DNA from: Pecten maximus
Lineage: Eukaryota
Direction: 5' to 3'
DNA: 64,000 nt
Assembly (NCBI RefSeq): GCF_902652985.1
Contig: NC_047033.1
Span: 13,578,001 to 13,642,000 of the forward strand
In this document: in pieces, positions 60,701 through 64,000 of the stretch
Numbering within the stretch: position 1 is the first letter of the stretch
Layout: the number at the start of each line of letters is the position of its first letter
Program-made: the position numbers and the translations under genes
Notes under the pieces: generated by a model
Databases searched by the model: none
Told to the model about the DNA's origin: nothing
What the model saw: the letters and a program-made list of their open reading frames with translations, nothing else

Positions 60701-62376
60701 CTCCGGTTCTCAATGCTAATGATGCATTTTTTTTAATTCGCTCGTATTAAACTGAACAATCACAATCTTATACCTGCGTTTCACCCTGTGGTGTATATTA
60801 CATACCGTTAATTGTTCTTTCTGTAGAAGATCAGCCTGGTTTACCCTTGCTGCCCGTGCGTCCACAGGAAGCCTACTGTCAATATGACTGCTTCTCAACT
60901 AGAGTCTGTTATTCAGGAGCTAAAGGTAGAACTCTCAGTGAAGAAAACGACGCTTTCGTGTAAGTACAGTTAAAGCATATACTGAAAATGAATTATTTTC
61001 GCGTGTACTAACTTTGATGATTTCCGCGATATAGTAAGTGTGTCTTTTTTCGCAAAACAGACCAAAACCATATTATTACTTTCGCTTCATAGAAAATCAC
61101 AGATTTGCCATACATGCATTAGAACGTTGAAAACAGGTGTAAGTAGAAAGATTCAGAAAGATAGTAGCAGTAGAGAAAGTATTTACATGGGTCCTTGTCA
61201 TTAACTCGTTAGAGATAAACAACTCAAAAACAAACGAATAGTAGTAATGTAAAATCAATGTAAAAATTTCTTTTGTATTACCTGTGCTTTATTTTCGTTA
61301 TATTCCTACCACGTAATTCGTGAAAATGAATCACACACGAAAGAAAGTTATAACAAAGTATTTGAAAGGTGGCACTAGTAAATGTTTGAATAGCTCTAGC
61401 TTCAGCAAATGCGTAAAGAAGTGCAACGAAAGCAGAGGTTGCCGTCTTCATCGACGACACATTCTCTGCACATCTTCGTCAAATCAACTTCAACTTTATT
61501 TTCATATTTGTTTCTCTCTACAAAAATATGATGTACAGACAAGAAAATGAAATAAAGCATTCAACAGTACATCAATCGGGAGGATATTTTAACTTTTTAA
61601 ACAAAACTTTTAAAGCTTGCATGGGTTGCGGAATATTTTGATATGGGTGTCACAATAGGCGTATTATATTTTGAAGTTCAATATTATTCCACCTGCAAGT
61701 GTTTACTTAAAATTTATGATTTGTTTTAAACATTTGAGATTTCAAAATATCTTTTTTTTTTAATTACAATTATTTTTTTCATAAATTCTGCAAAAAACAA
61801 TTCTGAAAAATATTTTGCGAAAAAATCATCGTATAAAATCTGTTTGACAATTAGTTTCATACATTGTGGATACAAATATCCCTGTAACTGAGAACTTTCA
61901 GATATGCATCAAGTCTTTTCATTTACATATTGAATAAATATGTTATAAAGTTAAGTGTTATATACTCACTTACATATCAATTTCCTATCTGTTAACGATC
62001 AATGTTTTACACGATTATATGACTTATGCTACTAAGAAGTACAGGGCCCCAAACCAAGGTCCATAAACGTATCATATGTAATATATAGATATATAGATGT
62101 CTGTATGGAATTCATGTCAAGTTGAGAATGAGTTTAGAATGATACATATACCGTCGTTTCTATATAATTATTAACCAAATTGACAATATTTAGCGTTTCA
62201 ATCGTTGTATAACAATATACCATTATTTACCTACAGCTACCATTCGTAAGAAGACCAGCGCACAAGACAGCCGCCCTTCCTCTAAAGCGATTGGAATGGT
62301 TGGAGCACTGTTCCTGATTATCCCATTTATTTTCATTGTTATTCTTGATTTGACGAGGCTCTGCCAACGCCTCTAA
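12670..62376 (+). CDS. Spliced host gene: predicted type I membrane mucin-like protein with two PLAT/LH2-like repeats (~608 aa)
   Basis: Exons 12670-12718, 36396-36649, 39796-39886, 41325-41553, (42674-42734 uncertain), 43401-43494, 59136-59906, 60227-60231, 60827-60959, 62237-62376. All introns are GT-AG, phases are compatible, and the total is 1827 nt = 609 codons including the stop. Confidence 0.75.
13068..13126 (+). repeat. (CCTT)n microsatellite
   Basis: About 14 perfect units. Confidence 0.97.
13170..13800 (+). mobile_element. Penelope-like element RT remnant
   Basis: Degenerate PLGTHYAFLLVDLFLFSHEA (compare PMGTNCAPLLADLFL) and KRRDFNY*IINFPFLDGNIPDSPTYG..RLIRYS (compare KRDDFNFPIVNFPFL..NIP.SPAYG). 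Confidence 0.75.
14955..16250 (+). repeat. 15-bp tandem repeat ACCGAGACC(A/C)CTA(C/A)T, left block in forward orientation
   Basis: Read directly from the sequence; occasional 14-bp and longer units shift the reading frame. Confidence 0.97.
16251..33934 (-). repeat. Same 15-bp repeat in inverted orientation (AGTAGTGGTCTCGGT), with ~0.9-1.2-kb higher-order repeats; interrupted at 20121-24142
   Basis: Strand switches at 16250/16251 and 33934/33935. Near-identical spurious ORFs recur at 16936, 17848 and 18759. Confidence 0.97.
20121..24142. mobile_element. Non-autonomous TIR DNA transposon (4022 bp) with TA TSD, inserted in the satellite
   Basis: Left end CAGACCCGTGTACGTTCGCAGTTCCG; right end reverse complement CAGACCCGTGTACGTTCGCTGTTCCG. 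TA is duplicated at 20119-20 and 24143-44, and the satellite resumes in register. There are 11-bp subterminal repeats (TTCCGTAGCAT-like) at both ends and no transposase ORF. Superfamily uncertain (EnSpm/CACTA-like or Tc1/mariner-like). Confidence 0.9.
33935..34431 (+). repeat. 15-bp tandem repeat, right block in forward orientation (more diverged)
   Basis: ACCGAGACCCCTAAT units decaying into unique sequence. Confidence 0.95.
35379..35523. repeat. ~70-bp-arm palindrome centred on GC-GAA-GC (probably part of a non-autonomous element)
   Basis: TCTTGATTTGGTCAATTTCATGGGGTCATGAATTGAGTTGCTCTTGAGACAAATT...ATGAACTGC GAA GCAGTTCAT...AATTTGTCTCAAGAGCAACTCAATTCATGACCCCATGAAATCGACCAAACCAAGA. Confidence 0.85.
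36396..36649 (+). CDS. Host gene exon 2 (first PLAT-like repeat, N-terminal part)
   Basis: TTTGCAG acceptor in phase 1, open frame DDWEIKVSMST...VSLQLLE, GAG|GTATGT donor in phase 0. Confidence 0.8.
36745..36835 (+). mobile_element. Single terminus of a Tc1/mariner-pogo-type MITE (truncated)
   Basis: TA|CAGTGGAACTTCGTTAACTCGAACTCGGATAACTCGAA with reiterated TAACTCGAA motifs; I found no partner end. Confidence 0.6.
37575..38913 (+). mobile_element. Tc1-family DNA transposon, decayed
   Basis: Imperfect TIRs (ACTAGCGGTAAAAAGAGACG versus reverse complement ACTAGTGGAAAAAAGAAACG) in TA context, enclosing a frameshifted transposase. Confidence 0.9.
37835..38817 (+). pseudogene. Tc1 (DD34E-type) transposase pseudogene
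   Basis: MSHLSEADRGRAI HTH start, SGRPR, RTVRNRL, FTDESR, QQDKARPH and WPLYSPDMSPIEHLW, with multiple stops and frameshifts. Confidence 0.9.
39400..39680. repeat. Degenerate low-complexity tandem repeat (~28-30-bp units with TTTTCCCAAAA cores)
   Basis: Recurring TTTTCC(C)AAAA...TTCCC motifs. Confidence 0.55.
39796..39886 (+). CDS. Host gene exon 3 (end of first PLAT-like repeat)
   Basis: TTATTGCAG acceptor in phase 0, LTMQSSSYNFTFECNCKLV..., ACAG|GTATTT donor in phase 1. Confidence 0.8.
40436..41322. repeat. Local insertion/duplication: ~50-bp flanking direct repeat plus ~170-230-bp internal direct repeats
   Basis: 40436-40486 matches 41271-41322, and 40522-40757 matches 41101-41272. Confidence 0.8.
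41325..41553 (+). CDS. Host gene exon 4 (second PLAT-like repeat, N-terminal part)
   Basis: TTTGTTTCAG acceptor in phase 1, EDMWAMETTTSGWYNAPSYDRFAIIIWDRSG..., AAG|GTAAGT donor in phase 2. Confidence 0.8.
41960..42095 (+). repeat. 33-bp minisatellite (TAATGAGTATGAAATCTACAGTTATAGTCGCTT family), ~4 units
   Basis: Same unit as the 63050-63460 array. Confidence 0.85.
42096..42568. mobile_element. Kolobok-type MITE (473 bp) with TTAA TSD
   Basis: TTAA|AGAGGCTTACCCGCAGA ... TCTGCGGGCAAGCCTCT|TTAA. Purine-purine ends with a TTAA TSD fit Kolobok rather than piggyBac, which has CCC ends. Confidence 0.85.
42674..42734 (+). CDS. Host gene exon 5 (uncertain bridging exon)
   Basis: A phase 2 to phase 0 exon is required between 41553 and 43401. 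The TCTTCAG acceptor with a GTC|GTGAGA donor gives (S)CCTGDITSLESLPDKIRIRV. An alternative donor at 42760 would need a 1-nt frameshift. Confidence 0.4.
42739..43326 (+). repeat. 34-36-bp minisatellite (AAGAAAGTAAAATGTCAAAAATGTAACTCCGGAT), ~17 units
   Basis: The first units are 36 bp; the rest are 34 bp and nearly perfect. Confidence 0.97.
43401..43494 (+). CDS. Host gene exon 6 (end of second PLAT-like repeat)
   Basis: TTTTTCATTTCAG acceptor, IVFIHKLTCNTFIFTCGRIM..., ACAG|GTAAGT donor. Same size class and phases (0 to 1) as exon 3. Confidence 0.8.
44794..46217 (-). pseudogene. Crypton-type tyrosine recombinase (DUF3504; ZMYM/KCTD1/KIAA1958-related), frameshifted
   Basis: Pieces join into KTRSNTKWCVSIW, LDFWLSR, RKDGTPYPPNTL, LDSRMKEL..GIG, EENTFWESGV, FGIRG.EEH, TKNTQGGL, NPRCLIKLY, ISNHRGR, SWHRIS and LYKR, which is the R-HxxR-H-Y pattern. 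Confidence 0.88.
47801..48653 (+). mobile_element. Solo LTR (Gypsy-like), 853 bp
   Basis: TG...CA ends, 4-bp TSD ATAT (47797-800 and 48654-57) and AATAAA at ~48470. The paralogous site in copy 2 (~54830) is empty. Confidence 0.9.
49215..50945 (-). pseudogene. IS3EU-like DDE transposase (rve/integrase-core fold), copy 1, disrupted
   Basis: YFNDGYTY.EIL...LRQLKRILR (HTH-like), GYRTVW, HMDGFD.LKPYGIAIHGSIDGFSR, RSDNGTEN and NQRIEMFW, with a frameshift near 50095 and premature stops. Putative first exon 50928-50945; second exon from 50461. Confidence 0.88.
52480..54286 (+). pseudogene. IS3EU-like DDE transposase, copy 2, disrupted
   Basis: HIDGFDKLKPYG, RSDNGTEN and QRIEMFW, with a frameshift near 53175 and stops such as TAG 53852-54. 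Putative exons 52480-52497 and 53042-54286. Confidence 0.88.
55720..56170 (+). mobile_element. Penelope-like element 3' RT remnant
   Basis: GQLTTKLYN..KRDDFDLPVVNFPFLDSIIP and KTLGKFYGRHFHLI. Confidence 0.75.
58650..58833 (+). repeat. Degenerate (TG)n/GAGGGAGT compound microsatellite
   Basis: Read directly from the sequence. Confidence 0.9.
59136..59906 (+). CDS. Host gene exon 7: Thr/Ser-rich mucin stalk with ~13 x 33-bp repeats (PSTNAFTTSDT)
   Basis: TTTTACAG acceptor in phase 1, 771 nt open (GVRHDCFPTTTT...NASTNAT), G|GTAAAT donor in phase 1. The ORF track shows only other frames of this exon. Confidence 0.88.
60227..60231 (+). CDS. Host gene exon 8: 5-nt micro-exon (ACATC)
   Basis: TTTGATTTCAG|ACATC|GTAAGT converts phase 1 to the phase 0 needed at 60827. 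Confidence 0.65.
60827..60959 (+). CDS. Host gene exon 9 (CCPC motif + amphipathic/coiled segment)
   Basis: TTCTTTCTGTAG acceptor, KISLVYPCCPCVHRK...QLESVIQELKVELSVKKTTLS, T|GTAAGT donor in phase 1. Confidence 0.85.
62237..62376 (+). CDS. Host gene last coding exon: juxtamembrane motif + transmembrane helix
   Basis: CCTACAG acceptor in phase 1, STIRKKTSAQDSRPSSKAIGMVGALFLIIPFIFIVILDLTRLCQRL*. Confidence 0.9.
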
Positions 62377-63049
62377 ATGTGTCGGGTACCGCAGACGAAG
62401 CCCCAGGTGACTCTTTCTAATCGAATTTGCCTTTTCGATATCTCCTCAGAACTCCCTGGACAATTTTACTGACATTTTCCTTGGTCATGGCATGGCCAAT
62501 CATGCGTCAAAATTGTGAGTTACGTCATCAGCGTGACCGGAGGGTCAAATTGGCGTCAAGGTCAATGTTTTCTTGTGATGTGATAACGTTAGCTTTAGTT
62601 TGTATAAGAAAATGATATTTTCATATATATTCTTTTTCATTTTTTAAGGACATTAATTTCAGCATGACTTGAATTATAACTCTGGGATGCCATTTTGATA
62701 TCATGAAACAGGGACTGATGGCAGACCCCAGAAGGACAAAAATTGACCTCGGGTTTCGTGTTTATATTTGTGTTGATTATATTTCGAAACCAAATCAACC
62801 ACAATTTGTCAAAACGACTATAACTGTAAAAATCACTGTTTGAAAATATTATTAGGCTTAATTTTTTTTTAATGTATCGTAAAACTAATTACGAATATTG
62901 AAAGTGTTTTGTAAATATCTAAATAAGTGCAAAAAATAGCATTACAACTCGAAAGATCCTACAAAAATGCATAAAGCAGAAACTCAGAAGGTGCGTGTAT
63001 CGATTATTTCTAAAACCTATTTCTCCATAGTATAAGTAATCACCATTTA

Positions 63050-63460
63050 ATTTATAGTTGCTTTAATGAGTATGAAATCTACACTTATAGTCACTTATAG
63101 TATGTATGAAATCTATATTTATAGTTGCTTTAATGAGTATGAAATCTACTGCTATAATCACTTTAATGAATATGAATGAGTATGAAGTCTACATTTATAG
63201 TTGCTTTAATTGAGTATGAAATCTACAGATATAGTCGCTTTAATGAGTATGAAATCTACAGTTATATTCCCTTTATTGAGTATGAAATCTACAGATATAG
63301 TCGCTTTAATGAGTATGAAATCTACAGTTATAGTCGCTTTAATGAGTATGATATCTACAGCTATAGTCGCTTTAATTGAGTATGAAATCTTTAGCTATAG
63401 TTGCTTTAATGAGTAAGACATATACAGTTATAGTCGTTTTAATGAGTATGAAATCTTATG
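63050..63460 (+). repeat. 33-bp minisatellite, ~12 units
   Basis: TAATGAGTATGAAATCTACAGTTATAGTCGCTT units. Confidence 0.95.
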
Positions 63461-63661
63461 ACATCACAAAAAAATGTGTTTTTCATGCATGGTTTTGTTT
63501 GATAAGTCAAGTGGTAAAATTTATAATCAAATGTTTTTAATCAATTGTTTTCTTATAATAAAATAATAATAAAAAGGCCAATGACATCACTATTTTTTAT
63601 TAAAGTTTTGATTTTTTAAATGAAATAAGATATCAAACTTTATCTTTATTGCAAATGATGA

Positions 63662-63822
63662 ATATATAGAGGATATTAAATGGTTTCCCGTTTGTATAAC
63701 ATATATTTCACGAGTATGACAGAATATTTCGAAATTTTTCACTCGTAAAAATATCGATATTCTGTTATACTCGTGAAATATATGTTATACAAACGGGAAA
63801 CCATTTAGTATCCTCTATATAT
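63662..63822. repeat. ~65-bp-arm palindrome (MITE-like or part of a non-autonomous element)
   Basis: ATATATAGAGGATATTAAATGGTTTCCCGTTTGTATAACATATATTTCACGAGTATGACAGAATAT followed by its near-perfect reverse complement. Confidence 0.85.
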
Positions 63823-64000
63823 TTCACTGGCTAAAATGCAATAAATCTATGAATTGAGCTTGTGTATGTGGTTGTATTTTGTTTTTTGTTTTTAGCATTG
63901 AGATGTAACGTTAGCTCTTTTAAATATGTATCCATGGAAGACCAAGAACAGAAGTCGCACTTAATGAAGTTAACAATCAGACTCTTTTCAACAAAAATAG

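Overview
AT-rich, intron-rich eukaryotic genomic DNA. The repeat landscape and the C-terminal motif of the host gene suggest a mollusc, probably a bivalve; this is inference, as no search was run. A spliced + strand host gene that the ORF track does not show spans most of the window (ATG 12670 to TAA 62376; ten coding exons by my reconstruction, about 608 aa). It encodes a signal peptide, two divergent beta-rich PLAT/LH2-like repeats, a Thr-rich mucin stalk, a CCPC/coiled segment and one C-terminal transmembrane helix, and it needs a 5-nt micro-exon to stay in frame. Its first coding intron holds a ~19.5-kb array of a 15-bp repeat. A 17.7-kb internal part of the array is inverted and is interrupted by a 4-kb TA-flanked TIR element. 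A later intron holds a 14.6-kb nest of IS3EU-like DDE transposons (TACGG...CCGTA ends, 6-bp TSDs) that inserted into their own terminal repeat, leaving a ~4-kb-arm palindrome. The nest also contains a decayed Crypton-type tyrosine recombinase and a solo LTR, and its transposase appears to gain a spliced signal-peptide-like leader. Also present: two LINE copies (one with a ~430-bp flanking duplication), a dead Tc1 element, Penelope remnants, a Kolobok-type MITE, hairpin elements, and mini- and microsatellites. I found no rRNA, tRNA or CRISPR array.
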